From the IMG/VR virus record IMGVR_UViG_3300011155_000013, positions 18,941 through 82,940 of that record: a stretch of DNA of 64,000 nucleotides. One strand, 5' to 3'. Below, piece after piece: positions 28,701 through 37,464 of the stretch. Below the pieces are notes generated by a model. The model was not told the DNA's origin, made no database searches, and saw only the letters and a list, made by a program, of their open reading frames with translations. A program made the position numbers and the translations under genes. Within the stretch, counting starts at the first letter, position 1. Each line of letters begins with the position of its first letter. This stretch comes from a virus (Duplodnaviria > Heunggongvirae > Uroviricota > Caudoviricetes).

Positions 28701-29372
28701 ACCTCGGAGGCCGCTGCCCGAGCTGATGCAGATAGTGCGCTGGCGACTCAGATCACCCAGCTCAAGGCAACGGTCGACAACGATGTAGCGGCAGCCATCT
28801 CGTCTGAAGCGGCTGCCCGAGCTGATGCCGATGGCGCTCTGTCCACACGCATCGACACCCTGACGTCATCCACCAACGACCAGTTCGCTTCGGTTTCCCA
28901 GCAGTTCACTGCGCAGACCTCCTACACAGACGGGGCAGTGGCGCGATCGGTGACCACCGCCACGGTGAATGGCAAGAAAGCTGTGTTCGGGATTTCGGTA
29001 GATGGCACGGTGGCAGAAATCGGCGCAATCGCAGACCGCTTCTACGTCTACAACCCGGCGGGCGGCACCTACACGCTTGCGTTCGCTGTGGCCAACGGCA
29101 AGACGGTGATCCAGGACGCGATGATTAGGGACGCGTCGATCGGGACGGCGAAGATCGCTGATGCGGCTATCACAATGGCGAAGATCAGTGGGGCGATCCA
29201 GTCGGATAACTACAGCGCAGTTAATAAGACAGGCTGGAGACTAAACCGTGATGGAACATTTGAGATTAATGGGAGCGTAGCCGGGCAGGGGAGGGTGAAG
29301 ATCACCAACCAGCTGGTTGAGGTCTTCGACTCGAACGACTTGCTTCGTGTGCGGCTTGGGATATGGGGGTGA
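25761..29372 (+). CDS. host specificity protein J-like central tail fibre (1203 aa)
   Basis: Size and position. The C-terminal region has about three ~27-aa Ala/Asp-rich repeats. Confidence 0.7.
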   Translation: MTTYEVIEGAGGGSSKPKQRTPVESPNTLRSVAKGRILDLIAHGPIAGLVDGLKSVYLDDTPLQNADGSFNFSGVTLHTRDGYPDQDYIPGFPAVENAVEIATQVTNANPVVRSVSNNDADAVLVTVQLQGLSYQDSSTGDLKGNSVALAVDVKAGSGNWYTAVQDTISGKTVSAYQRTYRVPLGGNGPFEVRVRRLTEDRSGIGHTDKLAWAIMTEVVDARLSYPDSALVGIELDSSLFGSQMPSRMYDVNLSIIKVPSNYSPTTREYTGIWDGTFKEAWTDNPAWAFYDLATHPVIGANIQNVDKWALYQIGRYCDEMVPDGYGGMEPRFTINTLFGSREEAITVLSNLASVFRGMAYWGSDTVVPVADMPADPVKLVTAANVVDGDFEYSGTSLRERHSVAIVMWNDPADNYKAKPEFVEDPESIDLFGWRETQVTALGCTSRGQARRLGKWILYSERMETQTVSYSATADHADLRPGEFITLSDPDRAGARMGGRVLVPGTRTLTLDKVPDQVSMDTWFISVVMPTGSIERRQIHSFSGDVANLVDPLSVEPVIGAVWVLSSLSVEPPLYRVVSVEEEADKPTYRVSATEHSRNKYDRVELDLILPEVPDSFLPTGPVAPPMDITAEVYKYLAGGTDHQGLTISWTPSRDVRVVGYILEAQGPEDLTFRTLYTGAGSSVDEKDAAAGQWIFRLKAVTSLGTGSQWVSRTIQVAGLLLPVPPDSVDVSVATFSISLFPRGAYPGAVYEFWRSSTALTDAQIESNAVRLSVSTDLVDTGLRSDTQYYYYIRGSNAYGLSAWYPVQAKTIADFDDILSALDEDIRRPGGLFEEMVGEAKTSVAEGVVDEVTALVQADLDVIRTDLAGAKAEVTLLDGAVDNLAVGVTNLEMMNEMETVRYLATVALHEGSSARATTEEATRADEDSALATRITTLQSEFDTNKATVTQELTALTSADQAIAARIDSLEVQVGEDIQAQITSEAAARADADSALATQITQLKATVDNDVAAAISSEAAARADADGALSTRIDTLTSSTNDQFASVSQQFTAQTSYTDGAVARSVTTATVNGKKAVFGISVDGTVAEIGAIADRFYVYNPAGGTYTLAFAVANGKTVIQDAMIRDASIGTAKIADAAITMAKISGAIQSDNYSAVNKTGWRLNRDGTFEINGSVAGQGRVKITNQLVEVFDSNDLLRVRLGIWG

Positions 29373-29375
29373 AGT

Positions 29376-29702
29376 ATGTCTGCGGGATTACAGGTATGGG
29401 ATTCTGATGGCCGAATGGTTCTAGATACTACTGTGCTAGTGGGTAGGATATTTGGCCACACTATAATGTTGGAAAACCAAGCTAATGGAGTTGTTACCCA
29501 TCCCGGATTATCTTCAGGCACCCCTTTTGCCTTCCCTTTGATGCCTTTCATCCCTGAGAGGGGCTTCGGTGTAACAGCCGCCGCAACCTTGCCCAGATTC
29601 AGCTTCTCTGGAAATACCATGACATGGACGCGCGGCGCCGTGGACTCAGGCGGAGGCGTTGAAAATCTGCCTCGTGGAATAATTTACTTTGGAGCGTACT
29701 GA
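29376..29702 (+). CDS. hypothetical tail-associated protein (108 aa)
   Basis: ORF between the J-like and fibre genes. Confidence 0.35.
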   Translation: MSAGLQVWDSDGRMVLDTTVLVGRIFGHTIMLENQANGVVTHPGLSSGTPFAFPLMPFIPERGFGVTAAATLPRFSFSGNTMTWTRGAVDSGGGVENLPRGIIYFGAY

Positions 29703-30379
29703 TGCCTGCCGGGTTTACAGTTATAAATGACTCCGGGTCATATCAGGTGGACGGCGACTATCCTTGCATGGCTTTGATCCGCAAGGGCTCGCTTATTACT
29801 CAAACAGCACCTACAGATACAGTCGCATCGGAGGTGAAAGTCCCTCTTGCAGACGGTGAAATTATTGCTTTTTCGTGCGCAATACCAACGGCAATCGTTG
29901 GCTTCTCCGATGGAGAGGTTTATCTTCGAACAGACGCCCCCGCGGGGGTTCTACTAAACTACTGGATATTTTCGACGACACAGCAGGAATCAAGCTTCGG
30001 ACTCCAAGCGTATGATGAGGTCGGCGGGCTGATATTCGACTCTTCATGGAAGCTTCTTAATATCGTAGGTACTCAAGTGGGAAGCGGTAACTATTCATAC
30101 GCTCCAGGCAGAGAATACGCGGTCATACCACAATCTGTATTGGTATCGATTCGTAGGCTACTGTATTACCAAGGGATTCATCCGCACGTTTACAACATAT
30201 TCGAACGCTGGTTGACCTTCGATGCTGCAAGCGTATCTTCCGGAAGTATTGTTGTTGGCCCTGCCACCCTCGAAATTCAAACATGGATTACAGAAGGGCC
30301 GGTTGGGGAAGGGTGGGATTTTTTTGGAAACAATGGCAACACCACACAGTACATTGTGGTAGACGTAACAGGCTTTTAG
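29702..30379 (+). CDS. hypothetical tail-associated protein (225 aa)
   Basis: ORF with an ATGA overlap to the upstream gene. Confidence 0.4.
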   Translation: MPAGFTVINDSGSYQVDGDYPCMALIRKGSLITQTAPTDTVASEVKVPLADGEIIAFSCAIPTAIVGFSDGEVYLRTDAPAGVLLNYWIFSTTQQESSFGLQAYDEVGGLIFDSSWKLLNIVGTQVGSGNYSYAPGREYAVIPQSVLVSIRRLLYYQGIHPHVYNIFERWLTFDAASVSSGSIVVGPATLEIQTWITEGPVGEGWDFFGNNGNTTQYIVVDVTGF

Positions 30380-30511
30380 CTCGCGACTCGTGCCGGCACG
30401 CCGCGGATGGAGAAGCTCGAGGCGTTCAAATGCCAGGGTAGCTACGTCTGGAGATTGGTCGACGGACGGGCTAGTAGCAGCTAGCCCTCCCTGCTATCCT
30501 CACACCCATAA

Positions 30512-30527
30512 ACCTGTAAATACGGTT
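30512..30527. promoter_or_regulatory. acctgtaaatacggtt, ending 5 nt before the tail fibre ATG
   Basis: Seen in sequence. Confidence 0.5.
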
Positions 30528-30532
30528 ACCCC

Positions 30533-32659
30533 ATGTCAGCCACCAATTTCCCCGAGTTCAACGCCGCCGTCACCGAACTGACCACGAAAGTCAGCACCCT
30601 CCTGGGCGACGTCGCCACGATGCAGTCGGTGGCGAACGTCCAAGTGGCTGTTGACAAGGCGGCTGAAGCATCAACCTCCGCAACAGAAGCAGCGGCGAGC
30701 GAGGCCGCGGCGGCGTCCAGCGCGGTTCAGGCAGCGGCGAGCGAGACAGCTTCAGAAACCGCCAGGACTGTGGCGGAGTCAGCTCAATCAGCAGCAGCTG
30801 CGAGCGAGACCGCAGCCGCCGGCTCTGCCTCTACCGCGAGTACGAAGGCGAGCGAGGCATCTACATCGGCGGCCAACGCCGCCGCGAGCGAGACCGCAGC
30901 CGCCGGCTCTGCCTCTACCGCGAGTACGAAGGCGAGCGAGGCATCTACATCGGCGGCCAACGCCGCCGCGAGCGAGACCGCTGCACACGCTGCCAAGATT
31001 GGCGCGGAAGCAGCTCGTGATAGGGCGGAGACCGCCGCTGCCACCGTAACTGGTAACCTGATCGAGATGGGTGGCGTAAGTCTGGCCTCGGGGGTGTACC
31101 CGGCAAAGCCGGCGAACAACGGGGCCTTTTGGAAGGTGACAACTGGCGGAACGGTTGACGGCGTCGAGTATGGGGTTGGCGACACCCTTATCTACTCGAA
31201 AAACCTTGACCAGTTCTACAAGATCGACAACACCGAAAGCGTAACCTCGGTAGCAGGCAAAACCGGCGTCGTGACTTTGACAAAGGCCGATGTGGGCCTC
31301 GACAACGTCGATAACACCAGCGATGCGAGTAAGCCGATTTCCACGGCCACCCAAACCGCGCTGGACGCCAAGGCACCTTTGGCCTCTCCGGCGTTGACCG
31401 GTACGCCTACGGCACCTACGCCAGCGGCAGGTACGAACACGACCCAGATTGCCAATACCGCGTTCGTGCAGGCAGCGCTGGCCGCTCTGGTGGATAGCTC
31501 GCCTACCGCGCTGGACACGCTAAATGAGCTGGCAGCTGCCCTGGGCGATGACCCCAACTTTGCCACGACGATGACCAATGCACTGGCGCTGAAAGCCCCT
31601 CTTGCCTCGCCTGCACTGACGGGTAACCCCACTGCACCCACGCCTGCTGCTGATGACAGCGGCACGTCGATTTCGACGACTGCCCATGTGAAGGCGGCGA
31701 TGGCGTTGTTTGGTGTGGGAGGGGCTAAGTCGCTAGAGTTCGTTAACCTAGACTCCGTACATGTAAGCGGCTTCTACTCCGTTGATCAGTGTCCAGGTGG
31801 CCCCAACGGAGGACAGGGTAACGGGATGCTACTCGTTACTGGGTCAGGCTATGTAAGCCAGCAGACCTATCACCCATATGGCACCAGTACGACCTATGCC
31901 CGAAGTAGAGTAGGTACTACATGGTCCGCTTGGTCAGAACTCTGGCACACCGGCAACCTCGTCAAGCAGTCCTCGCCAACCGACACCACTGCCGGGGCGC
32001 TGATGGCGGTGGGGGCTGGCGGGTGGATGGGGAGAGCGTCAAATAACGATAGCTATATTGCGGGTTATCCACAGGACATTGGGGAAAATATTTCTCAGAT
32101 ATATAGGCGGAGCGTTGGGGATATGGGGGTGCCTGGATATTCCGCTTCTTTACACTTTGCTGCAGTCGACACATGGGGGAGGGTGCGGATAAGTCACTAC
32201 ACCCCCAGGGCATGGATTCAAGGGGGGACTGCTTCTACTGGAACTGGATGGACCGCAGAGCTATACCACACCGGCAACATCCTCGGCACCGTCTCCCAAT
32301 CCGCAGGCGTACCTACCGGCGCAATCATCGAGCGCGGCAGCAATGCCAATGGGGAGTACGTGCGGTTTGCAGATGGGACGCAGATTTGCCTAAAGAAGAT
32401 ACCCGCCAATGTGGCCATTAGCACCGCTGGATCGAGCTTATATTGGACTGGGGAGCCCATACCGGGCGGGCAGTTCGCCGCGTCGTTTACCGAGGAGCCC
32501 AGCGTAACCATGTTCGTAACAGGTAATTTTCCCTCAATGTTACAGGGTGGGGAGGGGCTGACAGCGACAGCATTTGGCATTTTTTATCAATACTCAGACG
32601 CTATGCGGCCATTATCAAGCTACATCTATCATCTGCGTGCCGAAGGGCGCTGGTACTAA
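30533..32659 (+). CDS. tail fibre protein with an Ala/Ser-rich repeat region and phage tail-fibre repeat motifs (KAPLASPALTG.PTAPTPAA x2)
   Basis: 708 aa with repeats characteristic of phage tail fibre repeat families. Confidence 0.7.
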   Translation: MSATNFPEFNAAVTELTTKVSTLLGDVATMQSVANVQVAVDKAAEASTSATEAAASEAAAASSAVQAAASETASETARTVAESAQSAAAASETAAAGSASTASTKASEASTSAANAAASETAAAGSASTASTKASEASTSAANAAASETAAHAAKIGAEAARDRAETAAATVTGNLIEMGGVSLASGVYPAKPANNGAFWKVTTGGTVDGVEYGVGDTLIYSKNLDQFYKIDNTESVTSVAGKTGVVTLTKADVGLDNVDNTSDASKPISTATQTALDAKAPLASPALTGTPTAPTPAAGTNTTQIANTAFVQAALAALVDSSPTALDTLNELAAALGDDPNFATTMTNALALKAPLASPALTGNPTAPTPAADDSGTSISTTAHVKAAMALFGVGGAKSLEFVNLDSVHVSGFYSVDQCPGGPNGGQGNGMLLVTGSGYVSQQTYHPYGTSTTYARSRVGTTWSAWSELWHTGNLVKQSSPTDTTAGALMAVGAGGWMGRASNNDSYIAGYPQDIGENISQIYRRSVGDMGVPGYSASLHFAAVDTWGRVRISHYTPRAWIQGGTASTGTGWTAELYHTGNILGTVSQSAGVPTGAIIERGSNANGEYVRFADGTQICLKKIPANVAISTAGSSLYWTGEPIPGGQFAASFTEEPSVTMFVTGNFPSMLQGGEGLTATAFGIFYQYSDAMRPLSSYIYHLRAEGRWY
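30800..30985. repeat. 84-bp (28-aa, in-frame) perfect tandem repeat x2.2 inside the tail fibre gene
   Basis: Identical units begin at 30800, 30884 and 30968. Confidence 0.85.
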
Positions 32660-33019
32660 GGAGCACCCATGCGCATCACCCTATCCCCCGTCCGCCTGGA
32701 CGAAACCCTGACCGCCTCCCGCGCCGGCGACGCGCTGACCCTCAACGGCGAGGCCTTCGATTTCTCACCGCTACCCGACGGCGCCACGCTGCCGGCCGAG
32801 GCGATTGATTCGGAGTGGATCGTCGGCCCCGTGTCGCGCATTGACGGCGACCTGCACCTGACCCTGCGCCTGCCGCACGGGCCGAATCCATCACGAGCCG
32901 TGGCATTCCCTGAGCCGATCCATGTGACCGAGGACGGCCCTATCGTGCTGCCGTTTGATCCTGAACCGGAGCCTGAACTGTTTGAAGAACCTGCCGAAGA
33001 AGGGGCGCCCGAAGCATGA
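32656..33019 (+). CDS. hypothetical protein (116 aa), acidic
   Basis: ORF after the fibre gene. Confidence 0.35.
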
Positions 33020-33348
33020 CCATCGACTGGAGCCAACTGAAAACCGCTGAACAGAAAGCTGATGAGGCTGCACAAGCGGCGCGCGAGGCGTGGAAGGCAC
33101 GCCGCGCCGAGGCGGTGCGCAACATCAAGGTGACCACCACCAGCGGCCGGGTTTTCGACGGCGACGAAGCCAGTCAAGGCCGCATGGCCCGCGCCATCCT
33201 CGGCCTGCAGGAAGCCGGCGAGGGTGCCACCGTGACCTGGGTGCTGGCGGACAACGCGCCGGTGGCCGTGACTGCCGCCGAGCTGTCCGAGGCGCTGCAC
33301 CTGGCCGGCGCCGAGCAGGCGCGGCTATGGGTGGCCAGCCATGAATAA
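33016..33348 (+). CDS. hypothetical protein (110 aa), possible tail fibre assembly factor
   Basis: Called on position only. Confidence 0.3.
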   Translation: MTIDWSQLKTAEQKADEAAQAAREAWKARRAEAVRNIKVTTTSGRVFDGDEASQGRMARAILGLQEAGEGATVTWVLADNAPVAVTAAELSEALHLAGAEQARLWVASHE

Positions 33349-33640
33349 GCTGGACCTGACCGCCTACGTGGCCCGCTACGGCCGCCGGCCCTACTGGCTG
33401 TCGCTGCTGATCGCCCTGGATCAGTTCGTCAACGCGCTGCTGTGGGGCTACGTCGACGAAACGCTGTCGAGCCGGGCCTATCGGAGCGCCCAGCTGCGCA
33501 CGCCGGCGAAACGCCGCTGGCGGCTGGCTGAACAGCTGATCAATGCGCTGTTCTGGCGGGACCGCGTGGGCGAGCTGCGGCACTGCCAGCTGGCGTACCT
33601 GGGCGAACTGGCGCGCGAGCATTTACCCAAAGACCTGTAA
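33341..33640 (+). CDS. hypothetical protein (99 aa)
   Basis: ORF. Its stop lies inside a copy of the dispersed motif. Confidence 0.35.
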   Translation: MNKLDLTAYVARYGRRPYWLSLLIALDQFVNALLWGYVDETLSSRAYRSAQLRTPAKRRWRLAEQLINALFWRDRVGELRHCQLAYLGELAREHLPKDL

Positions 33641-33664
33641 ATAAGGGTTCCCATAAATACGGCC
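33632..33664. promoter_or_regulatory. split site cctgtaaata-(9 nt)-ataaatacgg, overlapping the stop of 33341..33640 and upstream of the spanin genes
   Basis: Seen in sequence. Confidence 0.45.
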
Positions 33665-33702
33665 TGCGGTTAGGATTCACCCAACTCAGGCCGGTACCCA
33701 TC

Positions 33703-34044
33703 ATGTCTTTCGACTGGAAACCTTACGCACTCGCAGTGATCTGCGCGCTTCTGTGCTGGAACTTCTGGATGCAGAAGGGCGATGCCGAGCGGGAGCGGGA
33801 TCAGGCCTTAGCCGCAAACACCAAACTTGTGACGGCAAACAGCAAATTGCGCAACAGCATCAGCCGCCAGAACGAAGCGGTCAGCCTGTTGCGCATCAGC
33901 GCTGAGACCGCTGCAGCTGATGCCGGCGCAAGGGCCGATACGGTCCAGCAGGCAATTCCGCGCAAGATCCAACAGGACCGTGCCACAGGCACAGCGCCGG
34001 AGGAGATGAACCAGTGGTTCGAATCGCTCTTCTCCTCGCACTGA
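33703..34044 (+). CDS. i-spanin (Rz-like)
   Basis: N-terminal TM segment, then a coiled-coil periplasmic domain. The o-spanin gene overlaps it. Confidence 0.6.
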   Translation: MSFDWKPYALAVICALLCWNFWMQKGDAERERDQALAANTKLVTANSKLRNSISRQNEAVSLLRISAETAAADAGARADTVQQAIPRKIQQDRATGTAPEEMNQWFESLFSSH

Positions 34045-34328
34045 CCCTCACCGGGTGCACCACTACCGAGTACATCGACCGCCCGGTTGAAGTCCTCGTC
34101 CCGGTACCGGTCGAGCGCCGTACCCCTGAATGGCTCGCCGCGCCTTATCAGCCTGATTCACTTCCTCGTTTCATCCACCCATCAGACCCCGCCGCGAAGG
34201 CCGCTTTGTCCGAACAAGGCCTGGCCGACCTGAAGGTCATCCTGCGCATGCTCGTTGAGCGTGACAACGGATGGCGCGTGTGGGCGATAACCCCTGCCGA
34301 AGAGGCCACCCATGTTCAACCTGAGTAG
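34014..34328 (+). CDS. o-spanin (Rz1-like outer-membrane lipoprotein)
   Basis: LTLTGC lipobox. Pro-rich. Overlaps the i-spanin 3' end. Confidence 0.55.
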   Translation: MVRIALLLALTLTGCTTTEYIDRPVEVLVPVPVERRTPEWLAAPYQPDSLPRFIHPSDPAAKAALSEQGLADLKVILRMLVERDNGWRVWAITPAEEATHVQPE

Positions 34329-34773
34329 CCGCAGCGAACAGCGGCTGTCCGAGGTCCACCCAGACCTTCAGAAAGTGGTCCGCCTTGCCATCCGCAGGTC
34401 GAAGACCGATTTCACTGTCCTGGAGGGGCTGCGGAGCGCGACCCGGCAGAAGCAGCTGGTAGCCCAGGGAAAGTCGAAAACGCTGGACGGCCGGCACATC
34501 ACTGGTCACGCCGTAGACCTTGGCGCCTATGTCGACGGCCAGGTGTCATGGGACTGGGAGCACTACTACCGACTGGCCGAAGCGATGCGGGACGCAGCTG
34601 TAGAGCTCGGCGTGCCAATCGTATGGGGCGGGGTGTGGGACAAGCGACTCAACCTGCTGCACAACACGAAGCAGGCCGTCGCGGACTATGTGCAGTCTCG
34701 CAAGGCAGTGGGGCGGGATGCGTTCATTGACGGCCCGCACTTTGAGCTTGATCGGAAGGAATACCCAGCATGA
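34312..34773 (+). CDS. endolysin, peptidase M15 (L-alanyl-D-glutamate peptidase or VanY-like)
   Basis: Motifs RHITGHAVDL and a downstream His, typical of the M15 Zn peptidase fold. Confidence 0.65.
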   Translation: MFNLSSRSEQRLSEVHPDLQKVVRLAIRRSKTDFTVLEGLRSATRQKQLVAQGKSKTLDGRHITGHAVDLGAYVDGQVSWDWEHYYRLAEAMRDAAVELGVPIVWGGVWDKRLNLLHNTKQAVADYVQSRKAVGRDAFIDGPHFELDRKEYPA

Positions 34774-35084
34774 GCGCTGAACAGTGGTCCAACCTGTTCG
34801 TCAACGCGGCGCCGTTCCTCTTGTATGGCGCGCTACTGTTCAAGCTCTACTCGGCTTGGCGTCGAGTCAGGTCCATGGAAGATCGATGCAAGGAGGCCAG
34901 ACTGGCGGCCGTCCTGCTGCTGCTCACGGTGTGCACGCTGACCTTCATGGCGGCCAATGCGTACGCACTGGAGGTGTACGGCAAAACCTTCCTGTCGCTC
35001 AGGGTCTTCCAGATGTTCGTGCTCAGCAACTGTGCGGCTTACTGGCTCGTCCTGGATCTGATCACCAAAGACGCCTGTGAGTAA
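34770..35084 (+). CDS. holin or antiholin-like membrane protein
   Basis: 104 aa with three predicted TM segments. Confidence 0.45.
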   Translation: MSAEQWSNLFVNAAPFLLYGALLFKLYSAWRRVRSMEDRCKEARLAAVLLLLTVCTLTFMAANAYALEVYGKTFLSLRVFQMFVLSNCAAYWLVLDLITKDACE

Positions 35085-35095
35085 GGAACCATCCA

Positions 35096-35443
35096 TTGAA
35101 GATCCCGCCGGAGTGGTTCGATAAGGCTCAGGATTACCTCTACTTCGGCTCTCTAGGGGCGTTCGCTGCTCTGGTCGGCTGTTTGTGGCAGGTGGCGAGG
35201 AAGGGTGGGCAGCCGGTCGCGCTGCTGACGCTGTTCTCCACCACCGTGGTGGGGTTCTACCTGGGGATGCTATTTGGGGGGATTGTCTCGCCAGAGTGGG
35301 CGAATAGAGACGCGGTGGTCCTGCTGATCGGTGCCACCGGTTTGAAGGGATTCGAGGTGGTGCTCTCCGTGGCGAAGAACACCATCCCCGTTTTGTTGCG
35401 GGCTACTCAACAGCCTCCGCCGACGACGAAGGACGAGGATTGA
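35096..35443 (+). CDS. holin-like membrane protein
   Basis: 115 aa with 2-3 TM segments and a charged C-terminus. Confidence 0.45.
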   Translation: MKIPPEWFDKAQDYLYFGSLGAFAALVGCLWQVARKGGQPVALLTLFSTTVVGFYLGMLFGGIVSPEWANRDAVVLLIGATGLKGFEVVLSVAKNTIPVLLRATQQPPPTTKDED

Positions 35444-35618
35444 GGTTCAGCGCGTTCGCGATAAGGCGGGCGCCATCTTCCTCGAAGCATTCACACACCT
35501 GGGCAAACTCGCCAGGTGGGAAGCTAAGCGGCTGTTCGGTGTCTACCACCGTCCACTCGAAGCAACAGTGGGCCGACTGGGAACCTTTGACGACTTGGTA
35601 CCTCATGGATACGTCCAT
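35403..35618 (-). CDS. hypothetical small Cys-containing protein (71 aa)
   Basis: ORF at the distal end of the minus-strand operon. Confidence 0.2.
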   Translation of the reverse strand: MDVSMRYQVVKGSQSAHCCFEWTVVDTEQPLSFPPGEFAQVCECFEEDGARLIANALNLNPRPSSSAEAVE

Positions 35619-35785
35619 CTGTACCTCCCGACAATCCTCTCGCCGGACTGTAGCTGATACTCCATCTGCCGGTCACGCTGTTCGACGAACCCAGTGCGTT
35701 CCGCACGGATGAGTTCGCCGTTGACGTCGATCAGAAGAGGACAATTCACAGGCGGCAGGTGCTCAGCTGCGTTGAGATGGTCCAT
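35603..35785 (-). CDS. hypothetical small protein (60 aa)
   Basis: ORF only. Confidence 0.2.
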   Translation of the reverse strand: MDHLNAAEHLPPVNCPLLIDVNGELIRAERTGFVEQRDRQMEYQLQSGERIVGRYRWTYP

Positions 35786-35788
35786 GGG

Positions 35789-37015
35789 CTACCCCTTCAC
35801 ACAAAGAACTTGCCGAAGGGTATGAACCACTTCGATCAGATCCGATTGGGCGGCCATTACCGCGTCGATATCCTTGTAAGCACCAGGTGTTTCATCGAGG
35901 ACACCCTCGTCTTTCCGGCACTCAACACCTTCTGTGGCCTTTATGTGATCCTCAAGCGTGAACCTGCGTTTTGCCTCTGCACGACTCATAGCCCGGCCGG
36001 CGCCATGTGAACAGCTGCAGAACGACTGTGCGTCCCCCTTTCCTCTGACGATGAAAGAGCGAGCACCCATGCTGCCAGGGATGATGCCTAAATCACCAGC
36101 ACGGGCCCGTACAGCCCCCTTTCTGGTAACCATCACGTTATCGCCAAAGTGGTTCTCCCAGGCGACGTAGTTGTGGTGGCAGTTGACCGCTGCACAATCA
36201 CAGGAGAATGGCTTCGGCACTGCTGCTGACAGCGCGTCTATCGCCTCCGACATCATCAGTTCGCGGTTCACGCGGGCAAACGTCTGCGCCCATTCAACAG
36301 CCTCGCAGTAGTCAGCAAACAGCTCAGAGCCCTGCGGCAGATAAGCCAGGTCCTGGTCGGGCAGGTTGATGTGCCACCGGCGCATTTCTTCTTTGGCCCG
36401 CTCGATAAAATATGAGCCGATCGCATTGCCGATTCCGCGTGAACCGGAGTGCAGCATTATCCAAACCCGCTGCTCCTCATCCAGGCAGACCTCGACAAAG
36501 TGGTTGCCGGTACCGAGGGTACCGGCGTGCTTGATGGCACGATTACCGGCACGCTCAAGCTTGGGATGTTTGGCCGTAATTTTCGACAACTGAGCTATCA
36601 GCCCACCCAACTCTGGGTGAGTTGACGCCTTGGGCGCCTGGTCTCCCCACGCACCCCGATCTCCAGGGCCTCCGTTGTTGGTGCGGCCGTGCGGGATCCG
36701 GCGCTCGATCTCGCTGCGGAGTGCTTGGAGGTTATCCGGCAGGTCAGAAGCCGTAAGGGTGGTCCGCTGCGCCGCCATTCCACAGCCAATATCCACTCCG
36801 ACCGCAGCGGGAATCACCGCACCTTTCGTAGCTATCACGCTGCCGACGGTCGCCCCCATTCCCCAGTGCACATCCGGCATAGCTGCGATGTGCGAGTGGA
36901 TGAAGGGGAGTCCTGCCAGGTTGCGCAGCTGCTTCTTGGCAGCTTCTTCAACCTGCACGCCACGGACCCATGCCTTGATTGGGCGACCTTCGCTTTCGAT
37001 CAGTTGAAACGTCAT
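35789..37015 (-). CDS. rtcB: RtcB-family RNA 3'-phosphate ligase
   Basis: 408 aa with multiple His/Cys metal-site motifs conserved in RtcB (e.g. GTGNHF, NCHHNY, SCSHGAGR). Confidence 0.85.
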   Translation of the reverse strand: MTFQLIESEGRPIKAWVRGVQVEEAAKKQLRNLAGLPFIHSHIAAMPDVHWGMGATVGSVIATKGAVIPAAVGVDIGCGMAAQRTTLTASDLPDNLQALRSEIERRIPHGRTNNGGPGDRGAWGDQAPKASTHPELGGLIAQLSKITAKHPKLERAGNRAIKHAGTLGTGNHFVEVCLDEEQRVWIMLHSGSRGIGNAIGSYFIERAKEEMRRWHINLPDQDLAYLPQGSELFADYCEAVEWAQTFARVNRELMMSEAIDALSAAVPKPFSCDCAAVNCHHNYVAWENHFGDNVMVTRKGAVRARAGDLGIIPGSMGARSFIVRGKGDAQSFCSCSHGAGRAMSRAEAKRRFTLEDHIKATEGVECRKDEGVLDETPGAYKDIDAVMAAQSDLIEVVHTLRQVLCVKG

Positions 37016-37464
37016 TTGCCAGTGCTCCCGAAGCCACCCTCGCCGCGTGCCGTAGAGCTCAACTCCTCGACCTCGAGGAACTCGACCATCGGCACCTGCG
37101 ACAATTTCGCTTGGGCAATGCGGTCGCCGTGCAGAATCGGCATAGGCTCAGTTCCTTCGTTGATCAGCTTGACCATCACCTCGCCGCGGTAGTCCGCGTC
37201 GATGATCCCGACGCAGTTGGCCAGCCGGACACCGTTCTTGAATCCGTGGCCGCTGCGGGAGTAAACCTCCATCGTCCAGCAGACAGGGATTTCGAAGGAA
37301 AGGCCGGTGCGGATCAACGCGGTATGGCCTGGCTGAAGCAGCTGTCCGCCCTCCGACAGCAGGGCATGCAGGTCAAAGCAGGCGGCATGCTCTGTGCCGT
37401 ATCGTGGCAGCATGGCCTGCGGGTCCAGCTTCTTGACCTTCACGGGGATGTTGTCCATGTTCAA
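37012..37464 (-). CDS. dut: dUTP diphosphatase
   Basis: 150 aa with the trimeric dUTPase motif GIIDADYRGEV. ATGA-coupled to rtcB. Confidence 0.85.
   Translation of the reverse strand: MNMDNIPVKVKKLDPQAMLPRYGTEHAACFDLHALLSEGGQLLQPGHTALIRTGLSFEIPVCWTMEVYSRSGHGFKNGVRLANCVGIIDADYRGEVMVKLINEGTEPMPILHGDRIAQAKLSQVPMVEFLEVEELSSTARGEGGFGSTGK

Noticed and set aside
30800-30985. Possible CRISPR-like array
   Set aside because: The repeats are in-frame, contiguous and inside a tail fibre ORF, with no spacers and no cas genes. It is a coding tandem duplication.
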